A stretch of DNA of 58,929 nt from Vicinamibacteria bacterium. GTDB lineage: Bacteria; Acidobacteriota; Vicinamibacteria; Marinacidobacterales; SMYC01. Below are positions 25,841 to 36,047 of this stretch, one piece after another. The first letter of the stretch is position 1, and every line of letters starts with the position of its first letter. The stretch is taken from contig DASPGQ010000218.1 of the NCBI GenBank assembly GCA_035620555.1, positions 1 to 58,929 of the forward strand. The letters run 5' to 3'. Both the position numbers and the translations under genes were made by a program. The notes below the pieces were generated by a model. It was not told the origin of the DNA. It saw only the letters and a program-made list of their open reading frames with translations, and made no database searches.

Positions 25841-27132
25841 CCGATCGATACGTTCATCCCGAGATGGGCCGAATCTGGAGCGAGGAGGCCAAGTTCGACT
25901 CCTGGCTCCAAGTCGAGGTCGTCTCCGCCGAAGTCATGTCGGAGCAAGGGTTCATCCCCGTGGCTGCCGCACGAGAGATTCGGGAAAAGGCAGCCTACAC
26001 GGTCGAGCGCGTCGCCGCCATCGAGCGAGAGGTCAAACACGACGTCATCGCCTTCACCGAGGCGCTCGCCGAGAAGGTCGGCCCGGCGGGGCGTTTCATC
26101 CATTTTGGCCTGACGAGCTATGACGTCGTCGACACCGCTCTCGGAATGAGGCTGCGGGACGCCACGGATCTCGTGATCCGAAATCTCGACGCCCTGGCCG
26201 AGGTGTTGAAAGCGCGGGCACTCGATCACAAGAGAACGATCATGGTCGGGAGAACCCACGGCGTACATGCCGAGCCGATGACGTTCGGCATGAAGCTCGC
26301 GCTCTGGTACGCGGAGATGGCACGCAACCGCAAGCGGCTCGAGGCGGCTCGCGAATCCGTAGCCGTCGGCAAACTGTCGGGGGCGGTGGGGACGTTCGCG
26401 CATCTGCCGCCGATCGTCGAAGAAGAGGTCTGTCGAAGGTTGGGGCTCTCTCCCGCACCGATATCCACTCAAGTCCTCCAGCGCGACCGTCACGCCGAGG
26501 CGTTGTCGGCACTCGCGATCCTCTCGAGCAGCCTCGACAAGATCGCCGTCGAGATTCGAAGCCTTCAGAGAACCGAGATACGGGAAGTGGAAGAGTTCTT
26601 CTCGGAAAAGCAGAAAGGCTCGTCGGCGATGCCCCACAAGAGAAATCCGGTCACCTGCGAGCAGATTTCCGGGCTGGCGCGGGTTGTCCGGGGAAACCTT
26701 CAGGCGGCCCTCGAGAACATTCCTCTGTGGAACGAGCGCGACATCTCGCACTCCTCGGTGGAACGCATGATCCTTCCCTCGAGCTACATCCTGACCGATC
26801 ACATGCTGCGGAAGATGCGCTCGGTCGTCGATGAGCTCATCATCTATCCCGATCGGATGAGGGAGAATCTCGAGTCGATGAAAGGCCTCGTCTTCAGCGG
26901 CCAGGTGCTGCTCGAGCTGGCAAAGAAAGGCCTGTCGCGCGAGGAGGCTTACCGGATGGTGCAGCGCAACGCGATGGCGGTATGGCAGGGAAAAGGAGAG
27001 CTCCGGGAGCTCCTGAAAGTCGATGGCGAGGTCCGCGAGCGGCTCTCGGACGCGGAGCTGGAACGTGCCTTCGACCTCGAGCGGCAAATGGAGCGCCTCG
27101 ACGTGATTTACCAGCGGGTTTTCGGTCGATGA
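25834..27132 (+). CDS. purB: adenylosuccinate lyase
   Basis: ORF 25690-27132. The real start is ATG 25834 (MLTDRYVHPEMGRIWSEEAKF). Fumarate-lyase signature GSSAMPHKRNP. Confidence 0.95.
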   Translation: MLTDRYVHPEMGRIWSEEAKFDSWLQVEVVSAEVMSEQGFIPVAAAREIREKAAYTVERVAAIEREVKHDVIAFTEALAEKVGPAGRFIHFGLTSYDVVDTALGMRLRDATDLVIRNLDALAEVLKARALDHKRTIMVGRTHGVHAEPMTFGMKLALWYAEMARNRKRLEAARESVAVGKLSGAVGTFAHLPPIVEEEVCRRLGLSPAPISTQVLQRDRHAEALSALAILSSSLDKIAVEIRSLQRTEIREVEEFFSEKQKGSSAMPHKRNPVTCEQISGLARVVRGNLQAALENIPLWNERDISHSSVERMILPSSYILTDHMLRKMRSVVDELIIYPDRMRENLESMKGLVFSGQVLLELAKKGLSREEAYRMVQRNAMAVWQGKGELRELLKVDGEVRERLSDAELERAFDLERQMERLDVIYQRVFGR

Positions 27133-27371
27133 AGGCCAACATCATCGTGAGGCTCAAGCCGGCGGTGCACGACCCCCAGGGCGAGACGATCTCGAACGCC
27201 TTGAAGCAGCTGGGGTACGAGCAAGCCGTTTCCGTGCGGCAGGGCAAGTTCTTCGAGCTCAGCCTGGACACGGACTCGCGCGAAGAGGCGCAAAGGCTCG
27301 CCCAGGAGGTCGCCCGGCGGCTCCTCGCCAACCCCGTTCTCGAGGTGTTCGAGGTGGAGGTTCAAGGTTAG
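27129..27371 (+). CDS. purS: phosphoribosylformylglycinamidine synthase subunit PurS
   Basis: The ATG at 27129 overlaps the purB stop (ATGA). 80 aa: MKANIIVRLKPAVHDPQGETISNALKQLGY...FEVEV. Confidence 0.9.
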   Translation: MKANIIVRLKPAVHDPQGETISNALKQLGYEQAVSVRQGKFFELSLDTDSREEAQRLAQEVARRLLANPVLEVFEVEVQG

Positions 27372-28042
27372 TGCCGCGCTTCGCGGTGCTCGTCTTTCCC
27401 GGATCGAATTGCGAGGAGGACGTCCAGTACTGCCTCCAGGACGTGCTGGGACATCCAACCGATCTGGTTTGGCACAAACAGACCCGTCTCGACGGCTACG
27501 ACGCCGTCATCCTTCCTGGGGGTTTCGCTCACGGAGACTACCTGCGGCCAGGCGCCATCGCACGTTTCTCTCCGGTGATGCCCGCGGTTGCGAGCATGGC
27601 GGAGTCGGGAAGAGCCGTCGTCGGAATCTGCAACGGCTTTCAAATGCTCCAGGAGGCGGGGCTGTTGCCGGGAGCGATGCTGCGAAACCGGAGCTTGACC
27701 TACGTGTGCCGGTACGTCGGACTACGGGTCGAGAAGGCCGGCTCCCCGCTCACCGAGACTCTTCGTGAAGGAGACGAGCTGCGAATTCCCGTGGGTCATG
27801 CCGATGGCAACTTCTTCGCTGACGAAAGATCCCTCGAGGCCCTCGAGAAAAAGGACCTCGTCGTCTTCCGTTACCTGGACAACCCCAACGGGGCCGCCCA
27901 CGATATCGCGGGGATCCGGAACGAGCGGGGCAACGTCCTGGGGCTCATGCCCCATCCCGATCGCTGTTATGAGCCCGCGCTCGGTACGGCCGACGGGCGC
28001 AAGCTGTTCGAGAGTCTGGTCGCCTGGACGGAACAACGATGA
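27371..28042 (+). CDS. purQ: phosphoribosylformylglycinamidine synthase I (glutaminase subunit PurQ)
   Basis: GTG start overlapping the purS stop by 1 nt. [37 protein letters not shown] (catalytic Cys) and MPHPDR. Confidence 0.9.
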   Translation: MPRFAVLVFPGSNCEEDVQYCLQDVLGHPTDLVWHKQTRLDGYDAVILPGGFAHGDYLRPGAIARFSPVMPAVASMAESGRAVVGICNGFQMLQEAGLLPGAMLRNRSLTYVCRYVGLRVEKAGSPLTETLREGDELRIPVGHADGNFFADERSLEALEKKDLVVFRYLDNPNGAAHDIAGIRNERGNVLGLMPHPDRCYEPALGTADGRKLFESLVAWTEQR

Positions 28043-30234
28043 ACGACGAGCAGCTGAAAGCCCACGACCTGACGCGGTCGGAGTACGACGCCATCGTGCA
28101 AGGGCTCGGCCGCGAGCCGAACGCCATCGAGATCGGCCTTTTCTCCGTCATGTGGTCGGAGCACTGCAGCTACAAGAGCTCCCGCATTCATTTGAAGAAT
28201 TTGCCCACCGAAGGGCCTCGCGTCGTTCAGGGTCCGGGCGAGAACGCGGGCGTGGTCGATATCGGCGAAGGACTCGCATGTGTTTTCAAGATCGAATCGC
28301 ATAACCATCCCTCGTTCATCGAGCCCTTTCAGGGTGCCGCCACCGGAGTGGGCGGCATCATCCGTGACGTCTTCACCATGGGCGCTCGGCCAATCGCCTT
28401 GATGAACTCTCTCCGATTCGGTCCGCTGAGCGTTCGGAACAACCGGTCGTTGCTCTCGGGCGTCGTCGCCGGGATCGCGAGCTACGGAAACAGCATGGGC
28501 ATTCCCACGGTCGGGGGCGAAGTCGTGTTCGAGGACTGCTACAGCGCGAATCCGCTCGTGAACGCCTTCTGTCTCGGGATCGCCCCCAAGGAGCGGATCT
28601 TTCTCGCCCGGGCCTCCGGGGAGGGCAACCCCGTTTTCTACGTGGGAGCGAAGACGGGAAAAGACGGAATCCACGGCGCCACGATGGCGTCGGCGGAGTT
28701 CAGCGAAGGGTCGGAAGAGAAGCGGCCGACGGTTCAGGTGGGCGATCCGTTCCTGGAGAAACTCCTTCTCGAAGCCTGCCTCGAGCTGATGCAGACCGAC
28801 GCGCTCGTGGCTATCCAGGATATGGGGGCAGCGGGACTCACCTGCTCGAGCGCCGAGATGGGTGCGAGAGGGGGTACCGGGATCGAGATCGACCTCGACA
28901 AGGTGCCCCGGCGTGAGGCCGGCATGAGCGCCTACGAGACCCTGCTGTCGGAATCCCAAGAGAGGATGCTCCTCGTGGCCCGAGCCGGTCGCGAACCGGA
29001 CGTGAAGCGGATTTTCGACAAATGGGATCTCGATGCTTCCGCCATCGGTCGGGTGACCAGCGACGGACTGTTCCGCGTTTTCTCGGGAAAGCTCGAGGTC
29101 GCGAGCGTGCCATGCCGCCTGCTCGCCGAGGATGCACCCATGTACCGCCGGCCCGCAGTCGAGCCACCCCCTTCGCGCGAGATGGCCGACATCGACGAGC
29201 CCGGGAATCTCGAAGAGACGCTCTTACAGCTTCTCGGTAGCCATACGGTGGCGAGCAAGCATTGGATATTCGAGCAGTACGATCACATGGTGCGCAGCAA
29301 CACGATCGGACTTCCCGGGGGTGACGCGGGCGTCGTCCGAATCAAGGGCACCGAGCTTGCTCTGGCGGTATGTCTCGACGGCCATGGGCGCTACACCCAG
29401 CTCGACCCCTACCTCGGCGGGGCCATCTCGGTCGCCGAAGCCTGCCGAAATCTCGCGGCGGTGGGCGCCACGCCGATCGGAGCGACCAACTGCCTCAATT
29501 TCGGCAACCCCGAAAAGCCCGAGATCATGGGACAGTTCGTTCGGGCCATCGAGGGAATCGGCGAGGCCTGCAATCGGTTCGGCGTGCCCATCACCGGGGG
29601 AAACGTGAGTTTCTACAACGAGACCGAGGGCGCCGCCATCTACCCCACTCCGGTCATCGGGGTCGTGGGGCTCCTCGAGAATGCCTCGAAGCGAGTCAGC
29701 CACCACTTCAAACGGAAAGATGATCTCATCTTCCTCCTCGGTGATAGCCGTGAGGAGCTCGGGGGCTCGGAGTACCTGAAAGTCGTACATCGTCGCATCG
29801 AGGGAAAGCCTCCTCGACTCGACTGGGACGCCGAACGAGCGGTCCACGATCTCGCTCGAGAAGCCGCTCGGCAGGGGTTGGTGCAATCGGCTCACGACGT
29901 GAGCGACGGGGGGCTCTTGGTCGCCCTCGTGGAGTGTCTGTTCGGGCCACTCGGTGAGTCCGTGGGTGCCTCGGTCGCCCTCGAGACCCCGGGGCGGGCC
30001 GACACCGTCCTGTTCTCCGAGACTCAGGGACGGATTCTGGTCAGCGTCTCTCCCGGCGCCAGCTCGAAGCTCGAAACACTGGCGGAGACGCATGGCGTGC
30101 CGCTGTCGCGTCTGGGTGTCACCGGCGGCGATCAATTGGTGGTGCGGGTCAACGGTGACGAGGCGGTCTCTCTGGGCGTGGCGAGGCTCCGTGAGCTATG
30201 GTGGAACTCAATCGAAAAGGCATTGAGAGCATGA
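28039..30234 (+). CDS. purL: phosphoribosylformylglycinamidine synthase II (PurL)
   Basis: ATGA overlap with pur[29 protein letters not shown] and two AIR-synthase-like halves. 731 aa. Confidence 0.95.
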   Translation: MNDEQLKAHDLTRSEYDAIVQGLGREPNAIEIGLFSVMWSEHCSYKSSRIHLKNLPTEGPRVVQGPGENAGVVDIGEGLACVFKIESHNHPSFIEPFQGAATGVGGIIRDVFTMGARPIALMNSLRFGPLSVRNNRSLLSGVVAGIASYGNSMGIPTVGGEVVFEDCYSANPLVNAFCLGIAPKERIFLARASGEGNPVFYVGAKTGKDGIHGATMASAEFSEGSEEKRPTVQVGDPFLEKLLLEACLELMQTDALVAIQDMGAAGLTCSSAEMGARGGTGIEIDLDKVPRREAGMSAYETLLSESQERMLLVARAGREPDVKRIFDKWDLDASAIGRVTSDGLFRVFSGKLEVASVPCRLLAEDAPMYRRPAVEPPPSREMADIDEPGNLEETLLQLLGSHTVASKHWIFEQYDHMVRSNTIGLPGGDAGVVRIKGTELALAVCLDGHGRYTQLDPYLGGAISVAEACRNLAAVGATPIGATNCLNFGNPEKPEIMGQFVRAIEGIGEACNRFGVPITGGNVSFYNETEGAAIYPTPVIGVVGLLENASKRVSHHFKRKDDLIFLLGDSREELGGSEYLKVVHRRIEGKPPRLDWDAERAVHDLAREAARQGLVQSAHDVSDGGLLVALVECLFGPLGESVGASVALETPGRADTVLFSETQGRILVSVSPGASSKLETLAETHGVPLSRLGVTGGDQLVVRVNGDEAVSLGVARLRELWWNSIEKALRA

Positions 30235-31634
30235 GCGGTTTTCGAGACGAGTGCGGCGTTTTCGGCATCTTCGGACATCCCGATGCCGCGCGCCTGACGT
30301 ACTTGGGGCTCTACGCCCTGCAGCACCGAGGTCAGGAGGCGGCCGGCATCGTCACCTCCGGAGAAAAGGGTTTCGCGAGCCGAAAGCGCCAGGGCTACGT
30401 CGCCGAGGTTTTCGATGCCGAAGCCCTCGAGAGCCTCGGGGGCACGAACGCCATCGGCCATACGCGTTACTCCACGTCGGGCGAGAGCAACAACGCCAAT
30501 ACACAACCCATCCATATCGAGTGCAAGTTCGGAGAGATTGCGGTCTGCCACAACGGCAATCTCGTCAACGCCCACGTCCTCCGTCACGGTCTGGTCGAGC
30601 GCGGATCGATTTTCCGGACGACGAGCGACACCGAGGTCATCCTTCACCTCTATGCCAAATCGCTCCAGCGCGAGCCCACCGACGCCATCGTCGACGCCCT
30701 CCGCGGCGTGGAAGGGGCCTTCTCGCTCTTGTTCCTGACCAACGATGCGATCTACGGAGCCCGGGATCCGAGGGGCTTCCGGCCCCTGGTTCTGGGGAAG
30801 CTCGACTCGAGCTACGTGCTCTGCTCGGAGACCTGTGCCCTGGATCTCATCGACGCGACGCTGGTCCGCGAGATCGAGCCGGGCGAGCTCGTGCGCATCT
30901 CGCCGGACGGAGTCCGGTCCTACCGTCCCTTCCCCCCGGCGCCGGCCTCCCAGTGCATCTTCGAGCACGTCTACTTCGCCCGTCCGGACAGCCACGTATT
31001 CGGCCGCGACGTTCATCGCACCCGCATCGCCATGGGTCGAACGCTGGCTCGGGAGGCGCCCGCAGACGCCGACGTCGTCGTTCCCGTTCCCGACTCGGGT
31101 GTCGTTGCCGCCATCGGCTACTCGCAGGAATCGGGTCTCCCCATGGAGCTCGGGCTCATCCGAAATCACTATGTCGGACGGACGTTCATCGAGCCCCGAC
31201 AATCGATACGAAATTTCGGCGTCAAGGTAAAGCTCAACCCCGTGCGCTCGGTCATCGAGAACCGCCGGATCGTGCTCATCGACGACTCGATCGTGCGTGG
31301 CACCACGAGCCGGAAGATCGTCGGTTTGGTACGGCAAGCCGGCGCGAAGGAAGTTCACTTCCGCGTCTCGTCACCGCCCACGACGGGCCCGTGCCACTAC
31401 GGCATCGACACCCCGAAGCACGATGAGTTGATCGCCTCGACGCACACGGTCGAGGAGATCGCTCACTTCATCGGTGCCGATTCGCTGGGCTATCTCTCGC
31501 ACGAGGGGCTTCTTTCCGCAGTCGAGACGGACCGCGATCGCTACTGCTCCGCCTGTTTCTCGGGAAATTACCCCCTCGCGCTGCCCGAGGAAGGAAAGGA
31601 CCAGCTCAAGCTCTTCGAGAAAGTGCGGGACTAG
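30231..31634 (+). CDS. purF: amidophosphoribosyltransferase
   Basis: ATG 30231 overlaps the purL stop (ATGA). Short propeptide, then the Ntn nucleophile in [13 protein letters not shown] loop [13 protein letters not shown]. Fe-S cysteines are present ([17 protein letters not shown]). Confidence 0.95.
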   Translation: MSGFRDECGVFGIFGHPDAARLTYLGLYALQHRGQEAAGIVTSGEKGFASRKRQGYVAEVFDAEALESLGGTNAIGHTRYSTSGESNNANTQPIHIECKFGEIAVCHNGNLVNAHVLRHGLVERGSIFRTTSDTEVILHLYAKSLQREPTDAIVDALRGVEGAFSLLFLTNDAIYGARDPRGFRPLVLGKLDSSYVLCSETCALDLIDATLVREIEPGELVRISPDGVRSYRPFPPAPASQCIFEHVYFARPDSHVFGRDVHRTRIAMGRTLAREAPADADVVVPVPDSGVVAAIGYSQESGLPMELGLIRNHYVGRTFIEPRQSIRNFGVKVKLNPVRSVIENRRIVLIDDSIVRGTTSRKIVGLVRQAGAKEVHFRVSSPPTTGPCHYGIDTPKHDELIASTHTVEEIAHFIGADSLGYLSHEGLLSAVETDRDRYCSACFSGNYPLALPEEGKDQLKLFEKVRD

Positions 31635-33236
31635 CTAAAAAGCCCAGTCGCCGCGGAGCTCGAATCCAGCCCAGTAGTAAGGTGAGCGGAATCGAGGCGT
31701 GCGCCTCAGCATCATTTGGGCTTCTCTCAGCGCGGTCGCGGGAGACGCTCCGGAGAACAGCTTTTCGTAGAAAACCTTCATGAGTGCGGCGGTCGCCTCG
31801 TCGTCGACGGCCCAATAGCTCGCGATCACCCGGCGAGCGCCAGCCTCGAGAAATCCGCGTGCGAGACCCGCATCGCAGCTGCTCAGAACGACGAGCTCCG
31901 CGGCGACGCGCCGCTCGAGGAGTTCGTCGAGTCGCAGGAATCCGTCTCGAAGAGCGATCCCCCGACCCAGGGCACCGTGAGTGGCGAAATGCAAGACCCG
32001 AAAGCTCCCGAGCTCCACCCTCGCGATCCAGTCCCGGCTGGCCTGTTTGCCGTAGACGACCTCGACCTGTCCCGACGGCGCGATCGCCTCGATGCTGGCG
32101 GCCTCGCGCCGCGCCGCCGGCAAGCCGTGGGACGGATCGGCCGCGACGGCAACCGTCCTCGAAAAGCGCGTTCTCTGGACCCGGGAACGAAGCTCGGGGA
32201 GAAGCGTCGCCGCGGGAAGGCGGACGATCTCCAGAACATTGACGAGTGGAATCCGGTCGGAGCCGAGGGGTAACGGGGCGAAGGGAAGCGCGCTCAACTC
32301 CCCGTCCGAGACGACCACGAGCCGCGGCTTCATCGTCAGCCCGGCCACGGGTCCGAGCAGGAGCCGGGACACCTTCTCGAGCGCGATCACTCGCCGGCTC
32401 AACGGGGTCGACAGGTCTCGTCGCGCTTCCCGCACCAGCCGTTCGATGCTTCGGCGCGCCGGAAGCTCGTGTGCCGATAGCGTGCCTCGGGTCACCGACC
32501 AGAGGAAGCTCCGCTCGTCTCCGAGAAAGTAGGACAACAGGCGCGTGTCGTCGTCGAGTAATTCTTCCTGGAAGGCGCGAAGCGACACGCTCCGACCCGT
32601 ACGGGCCTGTTCGCTCACCTCGAAGGCCTTCGCGATCTCACCCATGCGCATCAAGAGATCGGCGTAGAAGGCGAACCGCTCGTCGACGTCCTTCGAGGCT
32701 TGGAGCGAGAGCTCGATGGCTCTTCGAGCCTCGGAGAGACGCCCTAGCTCGTCGAGCGAGATAGCGGTTCCATAGAGGACAGCGGCACGTTCGCCCCCAG
32801 AGAGACCCGACCGGCTCGCCCGGTGGAAATCACTGAGAGCCCGCTCGTGCTCACCGAGCTCGGAAAGGGCTTTGCCCCGCTCGACGAGGGCGCGGGCGCC
32901 CGGCCGGACGTCGACCGAAACGGCGCGGTCGAAAAAGGAGAGCGCGAGTCCCGTCCGCCCCTCGACCCGGTGCAAGTGTCCGAGCTCGACGAGGACCCTC
33001 GCCTCGAGGTCTCGACGTCCGAGATCTCGATAGAGCGAGAGCGCACGGTGCAAATGGTGCGCCGCTCGACGACGATTATCGACCGAGAGATCCCGATCCG
33101 CGTGAGCCTGATGCGCGGCCGCGGCGTCGAGCAGCGCGCTCCGCGATCGAATCGGCTCGGAGTCGCCCGAGGTGGCAAGGATCGTGAGGACCAGGAACGC
33201 CACGGCGGCGCCCAGATGGTGCGTCCCGAGTCCCAT
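31635..33236 (-). CDS. secreted TPR-repeat / CHAT-domain (caspase-like) protein
   Basis: ORF 31635-33272. ATG 33236 gives signal-like MGLGTHHLGAAVAFLVLTILATS. The TPR-like helical N-terminal half includes ALSLYRDLGR...GRTGLALSFFDRAV. The CHAT half has a His in VLHFATHGA and a Cys in LVVLSSCDAG, then ASYWAVDDEAT. Confidence 0.8.
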   Translation of the reverse strand: MGLGTHHLGAAVAFLVLTILATSGDSEPIRSRSALLDAAAAHQAHADRDLSVDNRRRAAHHLHRALSLYRDLGRRDLEARVLVELGHLHRVEGRTGLALSFFDRAVSVDVRPGARALVERGKALSELGEHERALSDFHRASRSGLSGGERAAVLYGTAISLDELGRLSEARRAIELSLQASKDVDERFAFYADLLMRMGEIAKAFEVSEQARTGRSVSLRAFQEELLDDDTRLLSYFLGDERSFLWSVTRGTLSAHELPARRSIERLVREARRDLSTPLSRRVIALEKVSRLLLGPVAGLTMKPRLVVVSDGELSALPFAPLPLGSDRIPLVNVLEIVRLPAATLLPELRSRVQRTRFSRTVAVAADPSHGLPAARREAASIEAIAPSGQVEVVYGKQASRDWIARVELGSFRVLHFATHGALGRGIALRDGFLRLDELLERRVAAELVVLSSCDAGLARGFLEAGARRVIASYWAVDDEATAALMKVFYEKLFSGASPATALREAQMMLRRTPRFRSPYYWAGFELRGDWAF

Positions 33237-33402
33237 GGTCGTGGGGCGGCTGCAAGGTGCATGCCACGGCAAAGACTGTGGTCTACCGGCATTCCTTGAT
33301 GCGAAACGGTGAGGCCCCGGCTACACCCGACTCTATTCGGCGGGGCAGGTGTACGTTTTCTGAATACGCCAATCGAAACGCCGATCTTAGAGCAGCGCGT
33401 GA

Positions 33403-33417
33403 TTTACAAAACTTTAC
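33403..33417. promoter_or_regulatory. direct repeat TTTAC-N5-TTTAC (reverse complement of the CpxR box GTAAA-N5-GTAAA)
   Basis: tttacaaaactttac lies 87 nt upstream of the CpxP-like start codon, in the 230-nt intergenic region that precedes the CpxP/RR/HK genes. Confidence 0.5.
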
Positions 33418-33503
33418 GCCGCTGACAAACTTCCGAAAACGCCCGTGGCTAACCTCGGGATGAGGATCGCAATGGAGCGAGATCTCGAACAGGGAGCTAC
33501 ACG

Positions 33504-34040
33504 ATGAATCGCAATCCTGACGAAGAGGTTCGAAAGGACGACGGAAAGAACGGGTCGAGGAAATTCCGAGTCGGTGTCCTTCTGAGCGTGGCCCTCGGCG
33601 CGATCGTGGCCGGGACGGCCGTCATCTCGACCCACGCGGCGGGATGGTCGCACGTCGGACGGGGCCTTCGGGGGCACTTCGGCCACGATCCCGAGCTGGC
33701 ACGCGAGCGCGCGGAGTTTGCCGCTTCCTGGGTGCTCAGTCGGATCGACGCCAGCGATGAGCAACAGGAGCGAGTCAAGGCCATCATCGGACGCTCGGCC
33801 GACGATCTTGCGGCGCTCGTGGATCAGCACCGCCAGAGCCGAGAGGCATGGGTGAACGAGCTATCGAAGCCGACCATCGACCGGGCTGCGCTCGAACAGC
33901 TGCGGCGAGCGGAGATAGAGATGGCCGAAGCCGCGAGCACGCGGCTCGTGGAAGCGCTGGCGGATGCGGCCGAAGCGCTCACCCCCGAGCAGCGCGCCCA
34001 GCTCATCGAGATGGCGGAGCGCTTTCACCACCACCGGTAG
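33504..34040 (+). CDS. periplasmic Spy/CpxP-family (LTxxQ) protein
   Basis: Signal anchor FRVGVLLSVALGAIVAGTAVI. All-helical, with ASDEQQERVKAI and LTPEQRAQLIEMAERF (LTxxQ-type motifs). His-rich C-terminus. Confidence 0.7.
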   Translation: MNRNPDEEVRKDDGKNGSRKFRVGVLLSVALGAIVAGTAVISTHAAGWSHVGRGLRGHFGHDPELARERAEFAASWVLSRIDASDEQQERVKAIIGRSADDLAALVDQHRQSREAWVNELSKPTIDRAALEQLRRAEIEMAEAASTRLVEALADAAEALTPEQRAQLIEMAERFHHHR

Positions 34041-34076
34041 CAGGGGGAAGCGTCCTGTGAGGCGAGAGATCGAGAC

Positions 34077-34784
34077 GTGCCAGAACGCATCTTGATGATC
34101 GAGGATGATCGGAGCTTGTCCGAGATGGTCGCCGAGTATCTCGGCAAACGGGGCATCGAGGTCATCGCGAAGCCCGATGCGAAGACGGGGCTTCCGCTCG
34201 TGAAGAGTGGTGACTTCGATGCCCTGGTTCTCGACGTCATGCTCCCCGACCTCGACGGATTCGAAATCTGCCGCCGCGTGCGAGCGGGATCGGACATCCC
34301 CATCCTGATGCTCACCGCGAGGGGCGAAGATACGGATCGCATCGTCGGCCTCGAGCTCGGGGCCGACGATTACCTCCCCAAGCCCTTCAATCCCAGAGAG
34401 CTCCTCGCTCGCCTGCGCGCCATACTCCGCCGCAGCGGCGCGTCTCCCCGAAGGTCCGCTCGACCCCTTCGCTTCGGACGATTGGAGATCGATCGTGCAT
34501 CGCGCACCGTCCGCGTCGAAGGCGAGGAGAAGACCTTGACGAGTCACCAGTTCGATCTGCTATGCGCCCTCGCCGAGAATGCGGGGCGGGTGCTTTCGCG
34601 AGAATCCCTGATGCAGCACCTTCGCGGCCATGGCCATTCGGCCTTCGATCGAAGCATCGACGTTCACATCTCTCGTATCCGTGCAGCCATCGAAGAGGAT
34701 CCCAAACGGCCGAGGCGCGTGATCACCGTGCGCGGCGCCGGCTATGTCTTCGCCCAAAAGCAGGACGAGGGATCGGAAGCCTGA
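34077..34784 (+). CDS. OmpR/CpxR-family response regulator
   Basis: GTG start. Receiver ILMIEDD...LVLDVMLPDLDGFEI...TARG. Winged-helix LTSHQFDLLCALAENAGRVLSRESL...RVITVRGAGYVF. Confidence 0.9.
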   Translation: MPERILMIEDDRSLSEMVAEYLGKRGIEVIAKPDAKTGLPLVKSGDFDALVLDVMLPDLDGFEICRRVRAGSDIPILMLTARGEDTDRIVGLELGADDYLPKPFNPRELLARLRAILRRSGASPRRSARPLRFGRLEIDRASRTVRVEGEEKTLTSHQFDLLCALAENAGRVLSRESLMQHLRGHGHSAFDRSIDVHISRIRAAIEEDPKRPRRVITVRGAGYVFAQKQDEGSEA

Positions 34785-34790
34785 CGAGAC

Positions 34791-36047
34791 ATGAAGCGCC
34801 GGTTGTATCTGCAAGTCTATCTCGCGTTCCTGGGAATCCTGTTCCTGTTCGGAGCTCTCGTCACCATTGCCTGGTACTTCCAGGCTCCCGGCGGACGCGA
34901 GCTCCTGATGTTCGACAGCATCTCGGCAATGGCGGGAGAGGTGCTGCCGCGAGCCGACGAGCCCGTCACCGAGCTCCAGTCGACGCTCGAGCGGCTCAGC
35001 AAACGCTTCGACGCCGACCTCGCGGTCCACGACGCCGACGGGCGGCTTCTCGCATCCGTCGGGGAGGCTTTGCCGGCACCCTCGCCGCAACGGGAGCGCA
35101 GCGGTTGGATTCGTAGCCGTCGCTCGAGAGGCGCTGCCGCCTTCCGTCTTCCCGACGGACGCTGGCTGGTCGCCCGCCACGTTCATCCGCCGGCGGTGCA
35201 CGTACTCTGGCTGCTCGTACTGTTGGCGGGAGCGATTGCCCTGGGCTCCTACCCCCTGGCGCGTCGCATCACGCGCCGGCTGGAAAGACTTCAGAGCCGC
35301 GTGGACGAGCTCGGCGCCGGAGATCTCTCGGCCCGCGTGAAAATCGAAGGAAACGACGAGGTGGCCGCTCTCGCCCGCAGTTTCAACCAGGCGGCGAGTC
35401 AGATCGAGCGCCTGGTGAACGCCCAGCGGCACATGCTCGCGAGCGCATCTCATGAGCTTCGGTCCCCCCTCGCACGGATGCGGGTGGCCATCGAGCTTCT
35501 GGGTGGTGGTGAGGAGCGACCGGACGTCCGCGCCCGGATCTCCAAGGACATCCAAGAGCTGGACGACTTGATCGAAGAGCTCTTGCTCGCGAGCCGACTC
35601 GACGCGCTCGAAAAACTCGAGAGGAACGAGGACGTGGATCTCCTGGCGATTCTCGCGGAGGAGGGAGCTCGCAGCGCGGCCACGGTCACCGGAGAGCCAG
35701 TCTCGATCCAGGGAGATCCCCGGATGCTCAGGCGGCTCATTCGGAACCTCCTCGACAACGCGCGCCGCTACGCCGCCGGCTCACCCATCGAGGCATCCGT
35801 GGTTCCCCGCGGCTCGGGTGCGCTCCTGCTCATCGCCGATCGCGGCGACGGCGTACCGGCAGAGGAACGGGAGAATATATTCAAACCTTTCTATCGCCCT
35901 CAGGGAATGCGCGAAGGTGAGGATCGCGGAGTGGGACTCGGACTGGCTCTGGTCCGCCAGATCGCACGACGACACGAGGGGGATGCGCGCTGTCTTCCCC
36001 GAGGGGGAGGCGGTACCTGCTTCGAGGTGACTCTGCGAACCGTCTAA
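34791..36047 (+). CDS. sensor histidine kinase (2 TM, HAMP, HisKA, HATPase; CpxA-like)
   Basis: TM1 VYLAFLGILFLFGALV and TM2 LWLLVLLAGAIALGSY. HAMP, then H-box ASASHELRSPL. N-box LLDNARRY. G-boxes DRGDGV and GVGLGLALV. Confidence 0.9.
   Translation: MKRRLYLQVYLAFLGILFLFGALVTIAWYFQAPGGRELLMFDSISAMAGEVLPRADEPVTELQSTLERLSKRFDADLAVHDADGRLLASVGEALPAPSPQRERSGWIRSRRSRGAAAFRLPDGRWLVARHVHPPAVHVLWLLVLLAGAIALGSYPLARRITRRLERLQSRVDELGAGDLSARVKIEGNDEVAALARSFNQAASQIERLVNAQRHMLASASHELRSPLARMRVAIELLGGGEERPDVRARISKDIQELDDLIEELLLASRLDALEKLERNEDVDLLAILAEEGARSAATVTGEPVSIQGDPRMLRRLIRNLLDNARRYAAGSPIEASVVPRGSGALLLIADRGDGVPAEERENIFKPFYRPQGMREGEDRGVGLGLALVRQIARRHEGDARCLPRGGGGTCFEVTLRTV

Noticed and set aside
25744-31358. 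Large minus-strand ORFs antisense to purB, purQ/purL and purF (25744-27087, 27967-28959, 29224-30135, 30132-31358)
   Set aside because: They are antisense shadows of highly conserved pur genes. No motifs are present, and composition is biased by the complementary codon bias.
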